Of a stretch of 64,000 nucleotides of DNA, positions 12,111 to 24,357 are shown piece by piece. The notes below the pieces were generated by a model. That model did no database searches. It worked only from the letters and a program-made list of their open reading frames with translations, and was not told where the DNA came from. A program made the position numbers and the translations under genes. This DNA is from Amoebophrya sp. A120 (lineage: Eukaryota; Protista; Dinoflagellata), in NCBI GenBank assembly GCA_905178155.1, contig CAJINV010000001.1, positions 15,624,142-15,688,141 on the forward strand, in the 5' to 3' direction. Position 1 is the stretch's first letter, and every line of letters starts with the position of its first letter.

Positions 12111-13331
12111 ATGACACAAGTGGGCACCAGCTCCTCGCTCGCTTTGCCCACGAAAAAAAGCCAGAGTAACCTCCTGTTCGACGCCACGGCCGGCACGACG
12201 AGTGGCGCGCCAGCGCCTGCAAGAGGAAGCAACAAAAATAAAGTAGCCCTCCAAAGCTACACAACGAAACAAGACTCCGGAGCAGGCGGACCTCCTCCCC
12301 CCGCGGCTCGCATTCTAGATTACAAGGTCGACGAAGTAGAGCTCCGCGACGTTTTTATCTCGCACATTGCCCACTCTTTCCAAATGGAGGACGAGGAGGA
12401 AGAGGTGACGCCACTGACCAAGGAGGAAATCCTCTCCGATGGTCTCTACGGGCGGTGGGTTATGCGTCGCTTCACCGACGGAAACTGTTTCGAGGGTCGG
12501 GTCTGCTCGATCGACATCACGAACACGGGGAAAAAGTACTACTGCGTCCAGTACCGCGACGGGGATCTGGAGCATTTGGAGAGACACGAAGTGCTTCAGT
12601 ATTTGAATGAGGAGAAAGAAATTCCCGAGAAACCGAAACCCAAGCAGGCGTCGACGAAACCCAAGCAGGCGGCACCAGTAGCTGCAGCTGCAGGAGGAGC
12701 TTCATCTAAAACTACTACAGCGATGAAACCTACCAAAAGCGGGGGCGGAGCGGCAAAGAAAGCAGCCGACGATCTGGATCTGGAGCTCGATATTGAGGAC
12801 GAGGACCCGATCGAGGATGAAGAAGATGATCTTCTTGCGGATGACAATCCGCCACCTGCTGCTGCACCTCCTGCGGAAACAAGGAAACGACTCAACAAGA
12901 CGACGAACGACCACGAAGTAGGCAACATAAACATTGCGCAATCAATGAAGAAACAGCCAGCACATCAGCCAGCTTCTGTGCCAGATGCAAATGCGAAGCC
13001 AGCAGGACCAAAATCCTCTCCCGCCGCGAAGCCGAAAGCCGGGCGTGGTGGTAACAAAAAGTCCGCGTCCGCCAAACCGTCTCCCGCGGCAAAACCGAAA
13101 GCTTCTCCAACTGCTAAACCGAAGGCTTCTCCCGCGGCAAAACCGAAAGCAGCTCCGGCAGCGAAGGCGAAGTCATCGAAGGCAGCTGGCGAAGGTGTGG
13201 CGAAAGCTAAGCCGAAGGCGAAGTCCGCAGCTGCCAGCATGAAGAAAAACGGTGCCGCCGCGGCACCTGCGCCCAAAGCAAAGGCAAAGGCCAAAGCGAC
13301 CGCAATGAAAGCGACAAAAAAAAGTAAGTAA
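12111..13331 (+). CDS. Tudor-like domain protein with an acidic linker and a histone-H1-like K/A/P-rich tail
   Basis: GRWVMRRFTDGNCFEGRV...YCVQYRDGDLEHL resembles Tudor-like (PTM/DIR17-type) domains; C-terminal SPAAKPKA repeats. Upstream exons are possible. Confidence 0.65.
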   Translation: MTQVGTSSSLALPTKKSQSNLLFDATAGTTSGAPAPARGSNKNKVALQSYTTKQDSGAGGPPPPAARILDYKVDEVELRDVFISHIAHSFQMEDEEEEVTPLTKEEILSDGLYGRWVMRRFTDGNCFEGRVCSIDITNTGKKYYCVQYRDGDLEHLERHEVLQYLNEEKEIPEKPKPKQASTKPKQAAPVAAAAGGASSKTTTAMKPTKSGGGAAKKAADDLDLELDIEDEDPIEDEEDDLLADDNPPPAAAPPAETRKRLNKTTNDHEVGNINIAQSMKKQPAHQPASVPDANAKPAGPKSSPAAKPKAGRGGNKKSASAKPSPAAKPKASPTAKPKASPAAKPKAAPAAKAKSSKAAGEGVAKAKPKAKSAAASMKKNGAAAAPAPKAKAKAKATAMKATKKSK

Positions 13332-14302
13332 AAAAGTGAAGCAAGTACCACGTATAGTAGAAGAATGACAATGACGCTTATTTTCTCTGACTAGAAGATC
13401 ATCTTGATCTTTTGTTTTCGAAAGAGGACTGTAAAGTCACTGCGGAACAAGCGTTGGATTGAGCATTCACGTGCTGTAGCCGGTGGCGCATGGCCACACT
13501 TCTCCAGCTGCTGGTCTATTTCGCCTCGTTATCGCTGTCGCATAGTGATAGATGCGGATACCGACGACCCTTGTTCGAACTATCTCTCACAACTCTTGAT
13601 GTAGATCCGCAGCGCCACCGCATTAGGTACGAGCTGTCGCTTTCTGCTGGTGCAGTATTTACCTGTTACATACATGATCTTGATCAACTTCTGCTCAGCA
13701 AAAGCTTGCGTTTTTTGGAACTGACACAGCGTCGCCATCCGATCTTTTGTGTGAAAAAAACGATCATAATCATGATCAGATTCTTTCAGGCTCACAAAGG
13801 AAAGAACTCATGCTTATCCTCGCATTTATATGGGATGATGTCCTCGACCTGGTCCGGTCACTGCTGTGTTGGATCCTCTCGATCTCGTAAAGAACTATTC
13901 CGGGTCCGCTCCGGAAACGGAAATGAATTGAAGACGAAATGAGTAGAGCTAGAGGCTTTATTGACGTAAAGTTCCACCGTGCTGGTGAAGCTGATAGATT
14001 CATTGCACCCGCCTGTTGGTGGAGATCTTTTTGTATGTTGTGCCGATGAAGAATACTTAGCGTCAGCGTCTTTCGACGACCCTGCTCGATGTCGATTCTC
14101 CAACATAATTTCAGCGACAAAGATGACTCGTAGACTCTTGACCAACACGATGAACATATTTCGTTTTTAGTTAGAATCTGTTTCACTCAAGAACATCGAA
14201 GAAAGTGACCACGACTTCGTGCAGGAGTATATACGTATAAGCTGTTTTCCGCCACTGAAATAGAACTATACATCTACTAGCGACCTAGCCACAAAAGAGA
14301 AA

Positions 14303-15193
14303 ATGTTGTTCTACCAGTGGTTCCAGACGCTGGCTCAGAAAAAGGCGGACGTGACAGTGGAGTTGAAGAACGACCTGCAAATACAGGGCCAGATCTATCC
14401 TATGTAAAAACGTCCCCACCCCAGAGTTGTCATGCGAATCAGCATGGTAAAAATGCTTCTCATGCGAAGCCCCATGAGAGGCATTTTGTAGTCCTATTTC
14501 GCAATTTGTCATGCTCCAATCGGCATGACGTGCTAGATCTGTAATGCTGCTGAACTAGCTAATAAACAGGATTACATTATGAGGCCAAACTTGTCATGCA
14601 GAACTCCCAAAACTTGGGGATTTGTGTTGCAGACTTCCCATCTTGACCATGGTGTGCTGGGAATGTTTTTACATATCATAAGATCGTAGCGGTGGACCAG
14701 TTTTTGAACATCCGTTTGAACTATGAACTGCAAATATGTTTGGGTCTGGAAGATTGCAACTTGTCATGGTAAATCTGAAGCATGCAAAAATCTGTGTTGC
14801 ATGAGTGCCAAAAGCTGTCCAGCACTTCGACCAAGTTCGAACGGAGTTTCTCATGCAGAATAGGCATGGCAGAGACCTCGCAGAGTCTGTCATGCTAAGT
14901 CCCGCATTCCAGACTTCATGGGTCATGGAAAATCCGCATGACAAGTCTACACTCTTCCAGGAGACCCAGACATTTTTGCACTTGATAGGAACCAGGTCAC
15001 CTGCAGCGACCCCGACAAGTTTCCGTACCTGCTCAGCTTGAAGAACTGCTTCATCCGCGGGTCAACGTTGCGGTACGTCCATCTGAAGAAGGACGACGTC
15101 GACGAACAGCAACTCCAGGAAGCAACTATGAAGGAAGCCACGGAGAAAAAAATGGAACTTCAGGCAGAAATGCAAAAGGCTCTGCGGCAGTGA
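14303..15193 (+). CDS. LSM2: U6 snRNP Sm-like protein LSm2; three exons (~14303-14392, 14683-14717, 14989-15193), absent from the ORF track
   Basis: Spliced translation MLFYQWFQTLAQKKADVTVELKNDLQIQGQIVAVDQFLNIRLNQVTCSDPDKFPYLLSLKNCFIRGSTLRYVHL... matches the LSm2 signature (MLFY, VELKNDL, VDQ.LNI.L, KNCFIRGS). Confidence 0.93.
14396..14680 (+). mobile_element. TIR introner, LSm2 intron 1
   Basis: tatcctatgtaaaaacgtcccca vs rc tatgatatgtaaaaacattccca; perfect AGATC duplication; no GT donor available. Confidence 0.9.
14722..14987 (+). mobile_element. TIR introner, LSm2 intron 2
   Basis: tatgaactgcaaatatgtttgggtct vs rc tatcaagtgcaaaaatgtctgggtct; flanks tgaac/ggaac; GA...AG intron 14718-14988. 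Confidence 0.9.
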
Positions 15194-16117
15194 AGCTTTT
15201 CATCCCATGATGTGGTGCGTGCAGTCAAAAGGACGAGGGCAAGAAGATGATGTCTACGTCAGGACGTAGGACGAGATGATGCGTGCTTATGTCATTACGC
15301 AGAAGGAAACAATGTCGACAGTACCTGTCTGTTTGTCCTTGCCAAGCAACAACCACAAAGTGAATGTGTACCAATCGAGGAGTCGCGTCGCGCTTTTTTT
15401 GAAATAGTTGAATGAAGTGACACAACCCACATCGTGCCTTGTGGTCCAAGACCAAGCATAAACGCACCCGGATTCGCGACGTCTCGGCTTTGATTCACTC
15501 AGAGTTAGTGCGCCGTGTTCGTGTTCCGCGTTAGAGTCAATTTCAAGTTGACCACACAGGGACAGGGATTCGCTCCATACAACACAGGCTTCGCACAGGA
15601 TGAGTTCCATTTCTCGTTCGCTTCTCCTTCTGTGTACCGACGTCGAGGACTTGAAACGAGAGAAGAACCTCACCAAAAGCAATAATAGCCCGTCTCTGCC
15701 ATTTTTCTTGATGCATCAACACCAATACTTTGTTTCGCCGTGCGTTGCACAAGAGCTTTGATGTAGTTCGACTAGTCGCTGAGCTAAAAGTTCGTACATT
15801 GGGCGGATTGTTTTGACTCTTTTTTTTTCCTCCGGGTAATCACTTTTCATACTTAATACGTCTCATTTTCTTACTTTGAACAAGAACTTTTATGTTGTTT
15901 CCTTTCAAGGAGCTTACTTACAAGCAATTCCCTCGACAGCGAGCCGAAAACCAATACCAAAACCGTGAAAGAATAAAGAAGGTCAAAGTAGACAGAGTTG
16001 GTTATACGACGTAAAACTAAAAGGTCAAGACGCTTTTGTTTGTTGTATCCCAAAAAAAATTCGGTTCCGAGTGTCAACCTTGTTCTGTGTTCAACTCTGC
16101 TCTTCGACTAAACAAAG

Positions 16118-19100
16118 ATGGTTCAACATCTGCTAGATGAAACGAAATCAAGTGGCTCCGGCGACGCTGCTGCGCCAGCAGCTCCAATTCCTGTGGAAAA
16201 GCAGTCCAACGACGAAAACGATGGCGAGGCCAAGCAGAAGGAGCACGGCACAGGCGGAGGAGGCAATGAAAATCTCGGAAGAGATGGAGACCAAGACTCT
16301 TCAAAGGAAAGCCCGAACGGAGACAAGAGCGGAACAGAGGAGCGGGCGAGGACAAACTCGAACATACTAGACAACATCGACGTCGACGCAAACCGTGATG
16401 TCGTGCTGAACTCTTTCTCTTCAACAAGCCACTGTCATGGCCATGGGGACAACTTACCCCCAACTTCAGCGGTCAACTCTCCTGAGCTTGCTGCGCCAGA
16501 TGAGCAGCTAGAGAAGGATGAAGTAAATGAAGAGGCTGCACCAACAGGAAGAGTTACACTCGACAGCACAAAGAAAAAGAATACAGCCGTGAAATCGCCG
16601 CTCGGCAGTGCCGCATCAAGGACGAGTGGTGTTTTCACGGCAGATGATCTATTGGACGTAGCGGAGGGCAGCCTGAAAAGGATCCGGCTCCCCGAGCCCT
16701 TCGAAACGGAACCGGGACAGGATGCGTACGACGAAATTTTCGACGCGCTACGGTGGGAGGCCTTGGACTTAGAAGACTTGACCAAACAGGACGCTGGACC
16801 GAACAACAAGACGAAAACAGATATCAAAAGCGGCGCGTCATCATCAAGCTCGTCAAGCTCGAGCTCTTCATCATCAAACGCAAATAATTCCGCACAAAAA
16901 TCGAAGACGACCCTCCAAAACAAGCCGCACTTGGGTGAGGTCTTGCGCACCGCAACGCTTGTGGGTTACGAAACTAAGACATGGAAGAAAATGAACGACT
17001 TTTTCAAGATGGTGGAGGAGGGAAGCAAGGATTTGACGAAGGAAATCACCGGAAACTCGAAGAACATGAGCACCGGGAATCGCTACCCGTGGTCGCGGTC
17101 CGCCTGGCGGCACGAAGTCCTGGTCGAAAAACTCAACTTCAAGGAGTACAGAACTGCGGTCGTTTTGTACGACTCCGACACCATGACCATCAAATCCTGC
17201 TTCCTGCCGCACCTTCCGAATGACCGCGCAGATTGGATGTTCTCGTCGTCGACCACGACGTCCACGACCCATTCATCGTCGTTTGCGTTTCCCAGCACAT
17301 CGAAGATGATGTTGAACAGCACCACAAGCTCATCTTCATCTTCTTCTTCTTTGCTCGCCAGCGCCGAACCGTTTTCCTACGGGCGCGGGATATCCGTACC
17401 GAACTCGGACAAACCCGGGGGTTACCATATCAAAGTGAAAAAAGTCCCACCCCATATCGGAAACGGAAGATGCGCGAATTTGTGATGCTGTATTTGAGTA
17501 CACAAATCAACTTGTATTGCTAGAAGGCCAAGCGACAAAGCTGCGGCCTAAATTGCAGGCAATCTGTCATGCTGTTTCCCACTTCCAGTTGCCTCCTGTC
17601 ATCCTGGAGCTGCGAGGCTTTCCCACGCTAGACAGCACTACAGTCCGCATCTCTTGCCTTCTAGCATCACAAAGCTGTTTTGTGACCACAAATCTGCATC
17701 ACAGATATCCGCTTTGATATGGGGAGGGGGCATTTTTCATTGTAATATACCAGATCATTGATCAGGCTTTAGGGATGAGTGGCTGGATTGGCGGACGGGC
17801 GACGAAAGCTTCTTGCGGGGGAATGCACATGTTCGGCTCGCACGTGGTGCCACCTTACTCGCCAGAAATGAACCCTGGGACGTTGCAAAGGTATGGGTCC
17901 CGGAAAACGAAGCCGGGCAACGACGAGCAGGACGAGGCTGGTATAATAAAAAAGTTTGTTTGCTTTTTGTGACTGTTCTTGTGGTAAACCTAAACGGAAA
18001 TAAGTAGGGAAAGAAATGGTAATGGTCGCTCAGGTATCGATCCTAGATCCGGCGATTTCTACACAGAGGACTTTGCATTGGCAGTACCGAAACGCGACGT
18101 AGTTGACCGCGTCGTTGTACTGAACCCATTTATCCTGATCCACCTCATTCAGATCGATATTAAGGAATGTCAATGTTTCTAAGTGTCATCGATTAAATTA
18201 GTTTCTGAGTGATTTAGATTTTCTGTATCCCAAAAAGGTCCTCGCGCTGACGATGAAGAAAACAAGATGCCCGGAAGAGAACATGGAAGCAACAAGGTAA
18301 GCGAGAAAGAAATCGCCGGAACCACGAAGACCGCTTCCTCAGGACAACAAGTAGAAGCGCAAAGTCAAAAGGGCTACTGGCTTCCGAAAATCCAGGCCGT
18401 GGACGATATTGTGTTTGATTTTGCCCGCCACTACGCGCACGCCGAGCGGCTAGTAGTTCCCGCGGCCGCGCACAGTCGGCAGCGCATCATGGAGGCGCTG
18501 GACCCTGCGTCAGAGTGGGGGATCATTCCTGGGCAGCCCCATTCGGTTTGCAACGGTGCGCACATCTGCAGCAAGTCGCTGCAGTACGTCGTGATGGTCC
18601 ACGCGGATTCCACAACCGACGGCACGCTGGAAGCCATCTACTTTTATAGGCCAAAAAAAAAGGCGCGAAGCGGTCTCTACGGCGAGTTCCCGACCGGCCA
18701 CAAGTGGATGTTTCTGGCGGGTGCCGTCTTCGACATGTCCATGGCCCGGGGGTCGGGGAGCTTCGTCTACGTGCACTGCTCGAGACCGGACCCAGTCTAC
18801 CATGGGACGCTGCCAACGTTTACCAGGGTGGCCGAAGAGCAGGAAAACACCGCGCACGATGGTACAGCTACTGCTTTACTTCATCCGTAGCTGTGTTTCT
18901 TTTTCCATTTTGATGCTGTTCCACTAAAAATCTTCTTCATCAATCATGATTCTGCTGGGCGGTCCGACGTCTTCTCTTCGCTCCTCCGAAGAAGTGCAAA
19001 TATGTTCGTTGAGTTGTGCATGCTGGATAAGGATATGGATTTAATATCAGGTATGGGATCTGCCTTTCTCGTGCAGGATAATGTGGCCAGGTTTCTCGCG

Positions 19101-22100
19101 GACGAGGGGAATCGCGGGGCCGGAATGATCGCGAATATCAAGGCGGAAAGCGCCAGGCCTATGATTGTCCGGCCGGGGTTCAAGGCCGTCCGTGGCTTCG
19201 GGGGGTCGCGAGAACAAACACGGACTCGGGCGCTGCTCAAGCGGTGCCAGGAGCTTGCGGGTCGCAAACCGCAAATGCAGCGCGAACAGGGAAACATCAA
19301 GGAGGCGCTCGCTAACTCTACCACTACCTCCACCACCATTTTCGGAAAAAAGAAAAAAAAGAAAGATAAAGATGAGACGAAGGACAGCAAAAAGGCTATC
19401 AAGGCGCTTCTGCAAAGGCACAAGACCGGTCAAGCCGACAAAATAAAGCGAGACAGTCTGTTGCGAAAAAGCAAAAACATTCTTGCGGCGAAGGGCAAAA
19501 AGACGTTGAAGTTCAAGTCCAAGAAAGCGCGACAGCTGGCACAAAAAAAGAAGAGCATGGAGTTTAAAAACGCTCGCAAAGCGTTGATAAACGCGGGCGC
19601 ATACGAATACAAGGTGGGCACGCTAGCACAAGTACTTCTGGCACAGTTGGAGGCCGGGGAGATGAAAGAGAAGGTCGCGCAGCCACAAATTAACCAGGAG
19701 GGCGAGGAGGTGAAGGGGAAGGTCATTGCTGCGGGTCAAGCCCACAGCAACCTTGTTACACTGAACGAGATGATGGAAGGCGGCGATGAGAGTATGAAGA
19801 AAGCCTCCTCATCTAGCAGCTCATCTAGTTCTTCCTCTAGTGCAACTGTAACTACTGGCGGCGCTGTTCTTGCACCTCCCGCACCAGATGAAGATGTTGC
19901 AAATATGGAAGCCGCAAGCCAGAACACTCTGTCTAAAACAACGCTCATCACTTCTACGGCACAAGCTGAAGCTGTACCACATCAACAAAGCCAGAAGAAC
20001 GACAAAGCCGAAGCTTCGTCTTCGACATCGTCAGCGACCACATCAGTAGTAGAACAGTCAGAACCAGAAGCGCAGGAGAAACTACCAGACACCCCTGCTA
20101 GCGTAGAAATCAGCCTAGCCAGTTTGCGGACTGTGAATCTTGAACATAACGTGATGGCGGAACCCGGCCCGACCGGAAGCTTTGAAATTCGTTTGGAGGA
20201 CTTTGCGACTTGCGAGAAAACCGGGCAGCCGTTGTTCGCCTTCAACAAAATCATGGAGCTTTTGCAAGCCAATCTCGACGCCCGTGTGCAGAAGCGCGGC
20301 CACTACAACGCGATCCAGCGGACTGCCGGCATCTTGCGCAAAGCGCATATCGAAAAGCAGTTTTCTTGTGCCAAAATTCAATCTGGAACCGTTCAGCCGC
20401 TGCGCGTCGACCGCGTCTCCGGGGCGGTCATTGTGGGCCACGAGGCAGTTGCGAAGTTGGCGCGGACAAAAAACAAAAGCGTGACAGAGTTTCTGAACGA
20501 GAGGCAGTACAAGCAGCACAGGAGAGAGACGCGCGAACTCGCCCGGCTGCTGCAACGACTCAGAAAGCAGCCTGGAGAAAATAGCGCCGGAGAAACAAGC
20601 TCAGAGGAGAGCAAGGTAGAAGACGACGACGACGTTGACGTCAACAACGACAAAAAAGATCAAGAGCGAGATGATGAAGATGATAATAACGCGTCTGCCG
20701 GAGCCGAAAGTCGTCGTGCAAGGCAACTTGTCAAAGAGCGGAAAAAGGAAGCTGCAGGTGCAGGAGCGCCGAAGAAATACAAGAAAAAGAAGAAGAACAA
20801 GAAGAGGACTCCTTCGAGGTCACGTACGCCGCGCCGCCGCCGAGCCTCGAACTACGACGATGACAATATCCGGCTAGAAGTCATCACGAATGCGAAAGGC
20901 CGCTTTTTTGTGTACGAAGTACGGGGGCGGGACGGGGACGAGCGCGAGCGGATTGCGCTGCGCAGGGGCAACCTATCGCGAGAAAAAACTGTTTCACTGT
21001 GAACTTGTGATGCATAGAACGGAACGCAAATGAAATGTGTTTGTCTTGCTACACATGCAAGACATTGGATTTTTAGCTGTGCTTTCCCTTTAGGAAGCAC
21101 GCATGCCAAGTTTTCTTTGTCATGTGTAACAAACTTGTGATGCAAAACTTGCAAAATCATCACAGTGAAACAGTTTTTTCGTGGGATACAACCTGACGGA
21201 CGAGGGCGCTCCGCCCGCGTCGGGCGAGGCGCTGCGACAGTGGAAGATAGCGGAATGCAAACGGCTACAGGAGCGCAGAAAGCAGGGCATCGTCGAGACT
21301 CCGCCGAAGAGGTTGGGGCGGCATGAGAATCCGCAGGAAAGGGATCAGGAAAAACTGGCGCGGCCACCGGTCCAAAGGGTGTACTGGAACGAGGACCGAT
21401 TCTACGTGTACGACGAGAAATTCGTTGAAAAAACGCCGGTTGCCAGCGGAAAGAAAAAGAAGAAGGACAAGAAGGAACGATCTTCAAGCGTCCGCATCGA
21501 GCGTACGCTCGTTCGAAAGGGCAAGGAAGGCGATTCCGACGCTCCTCCGAGGCCCTCGCCGCGCGGCAAAGAAGTGGCGAAGAACCCGGTCGGCGATCAA
21601 GAAAAGGCACAAGAAGAAGACCCGAAACAGGCTGTTGAAGATGGTGTAGTTGAAGAAGAAGATGCCGATACTAGTGCCAAAGATCCCCTCAAAAAAAACC
21701 AGAAAGCGCGGCAGCAAAATCAAAAGGACGATTTGCATCTGCCGGATGATGGCGAGCAGCCAGAAGTTGAGGGAAAGGCAAAACCTTTGCGGCTGGTCTT
21801 CAAAAAGCTTCCGCCGAGGAAGAAGAAAGAGAATGCAGAAACGGATGCAGCTGCCAAGAAAAACAACGACGCTCCTGCACCTGCTTCAGCATCTTCTTCT
21901 ATCGAAGAACAAGTAGAAGACGCTGTGGCCGCTGGACCACGAAAGGAGATCTCGGAGTCTGATCCGAAACCGAATTGCAGCCCCGCAGCAGATCTGTCTT
22001 CCAGTGTAAAAGACGACGACAAGCATCAACAAGACCGTCCTGCCATACATGATGCGGCGAAAAAGCGACACAAGCCCGCCGAGGAGGTTGCAGTGGTCGA

Positions 22101-22203
22101 GTCGCAGCTGGAAAAGACACAGCAGAAAATGAAGGAAAAGCTGAAAAAGCGAAAGCTTGAGCAAGCTGCAAAACCAAAAGACGATACCGCTTCTGCGTCC
22201 TGA
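16118..22203 (+). CDS. ~1680-aa protein with a central putative 2OG-Fe(II) dioxygenase (TET/JBP-like) domain; exons ~16118-17427, 17753-17940, 18238-18861, 19051-20973, 21194-22203
   Basis: Five ORFs join in frame via two GT-AG introns (17941-18237, 18862-19050) and two introners. Motifs YVVMVHAD...VYHGTLP...HDGMGSAF fit an HxD...H triad; the domain call is inference. Confidence 0.6.
17428..17747 (+). mobile_element. TIR introner
   Basis: tatcaaagtgaaaaaagtcccaccccatatc vs rc tattacaatgaaaaatgccccctccccatatc; perfect TACCA duplication; restores GGYQIIDQ. Confidence 0.85.
20974..21188 (+). mobile_element. TIR introner
   Basis: tatcgcgagaaaaaactgtttcactgtga vs rc tatcccacgaaaaaactgtttcactgtga; perfect CAACC duplication; restores RRGNLTDEG. 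Confidence 0.9.
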
Positions 22204-23184
22204 AGTGTGGAGCGGCCCAGCAGAACTCGATAAGTATGTAAAAGTTGCGAGAAGTCGACGGTCCTTGCATTCGCATCAGACTCAACCACTTTACTAAAGT
22301 GGCACTTTAGAAGATTTGAAAATTAGCATCAATCCAGATGAAGATGAAGATCACCGTCTTGCTCTTGGCGGCGTCTTTGACCAACGCCAACGACCCCAAC
22401 TGATTTTTATACCAAAGTAGGTGACGTCATCCACTTCTTGGATGCCAAAAATCAAAACTACTATTTCACTGTCCGCGACTCGGGGTCCTGTATGTATTGC
22501 GCTATAGCCGCAGCTGGCTGTGACATCGGTCAGTTTCACTTTGTTATATCATCTATCGGTACCCCTACCACGTTGCACCTTTCTTCACTGTCCCTGTGTA
22601 GTATTACCTCCAGAGTACTAGTTTATCACCTTGTTTGGGACAAAGACGATGGAATTATGATTATCGTTATCCAATCAAAAGTTCGACTTCGATCGTGAAG
22701 ATTTTTCCTATCGTGTGGACCTCATCTTAAGGATAATAAATAAACGACAAAAAGCAGGTGAAGAAAGCGGAATTATTTTTATTTAGAAGATATGCAGGCA
22801 CGATCCATCAGGTATTCTCGCCAACGTGGCAACACGCATTGTTTGATGCTCTATGTGTCTTTTTGTTGCCGTAGCGTTCCGCACCGTCCCGAGATGTCGG
22901 TGATGATCTTCTGCAACACGATAATATGCGTTGGTGGCATAGTTGCTTTACTTCTTGCCACCGCTTATTCATTGATACATATTTATTCGTGATGCGTTGT
23001 GGACCCCGTCCTTGTGGTGCCATCGCTCTTTGTAGCCATCATGTCGATGATCTCCGACCGTCTCCATAATCTTGAGCGTTGTAAAACTAACTTGAGGCTT
23101 TATTTGGTTGCTCCAACGTGATTAAAAAAAGGTTGGGATTTACTCCATGCTCCCTTCCCGTTGTGCTGGTCGAAGATAAGAAAA

Positions 23185-24357
23185 ATGTTCTTGGTACCGA
23201 CGTTTTTCGGGCTGTGTAGACTTGCATTGCTTGTCACTCGGGCGTCTACGAGGGTCATTGCACATGCTGAACAACAAGCACTTCCGCGCGCTACGCCAGC
23301 AACGTCGGTGACTACAGAGCCTGAGCATGAGCCGGACTGCTCTGCGTTTGTGCTCACCATTCCCGGTGGTGGCGTAGTCGACGCGGAGCCAGCCCCCTGG
23401 ACGAAGGCGCGCCTGGATGCGGCGGCAGATTACTTCAATCGGACGTGCAAGAACGGAGACACTACCAGTAGTACGGAAGAACAAGGTGTTGAAGCTACGT
23501 CCAAAGTAGTGCGAAGAAATCAAAAATGCTTCTTCGCGCCCTTGTCCGCCGGAACGCCGCACTTGCCCATGCCCATCGACCCGACCACTGGAAAGACCCT
23601 GACCGAAAGCGGTGCGGCGGCGAAGTATCTCGTGAAGAAACACAATGTGTCGCCGGACCGCATCCTCGAGGAGGGGGCAAGTTTGGACACGATCGGAAAC
23701 GCATACTTTCTCCGGGTCATCCACCTCGAGATGCTTCTGAAAACGCATAAATTGGTAACCGTTGTGGTCTTCACCTCCGAATTCCACATGCCCAGAACAA
23801 AAGCGATCTTCGAGCATGTGCTGAAACTCCCGTGGACAAGTTCTTCTATACCCGCTGGCGCCATGACAACTGCTGGTGTTGAAACTGTAGCTGCGAGGAC
23901 TTGTGCCGAAGACGAAGATGCATCCAAAGATGGCGACTCCTCGCATCAAGGAACTACCGATCATAATGGAATCAGCCTCGAGGAGAACAAAAACACGAAT
24001 AAGAAATGCCTTGTCGCAGCAGATGGCACTAGTGCCCCACCAGCAGTATCCACCGGTAGTACATCAACATCATGCGTCGTAAACAATCCGGACAGCAACT
24101 TGCCCAGTTTCCAAACCGAATTTGTGGCTACGGAAAATCGCGGGCTGACAGAAGATCAGGCAAAACTGCGAAAAGAGCGTGAAGTGCAAAGCCTGGAAAC
24201 ATGGCGCTCTCGGACGCAACCAAAGCTGAATTCGGTGGTAGATTTGCACTCTTTCGTGTTTCAAGACCACGGAGCCTACGCGGCGAAACGCTTCGCGGTC
24301 GAAGAACATATCGGCGCTCCCGTCGATCTTGATGAGGTCAGGCGAACTTATCGATGA
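23185..24357 (+). CDS. DUF218 / YdcF-ElyC-like protein
   Basis: Motifs IPGGG, RLDAA, TESGAAAKYL, ILEEGASLDTIGNA, TSEFHMPR. Confidence 0.85.
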   Translation: MFLVPTFFGLCRLALLVTRASTRVIAHAEQQALPRATPATSVTTEPEHEPDCSAFVLTIPGGGVVDAEPAPWTKARLDAAADYFNRTCKNGDTTSSTEEQGVEATSKVVRRNQKCFFAPLSAGTPHLPMPIDPTTGKTLTESGAAAKYLVKKHNVSPDRILEEGASLDTIGNAYFLRVIHLEMLLKTHKLVTVVVFTSEFHMPRTKAIFEHVLKLPWTSSSIPAGAMTTAGVETVAARTCAEDEDASKDGDSSHQGTTDHNGISLEENKNTNKKCLVAADGTSAPPAVSTGSTSTSCVVNNPDSNLPSFQTEFVATENRGLTEDQAKLRKEREVQSLETWRSRTQPKLNSVVDLHSFVFQDHGAYAAKRFAVEEHIGAPVDLDEVRRTYR

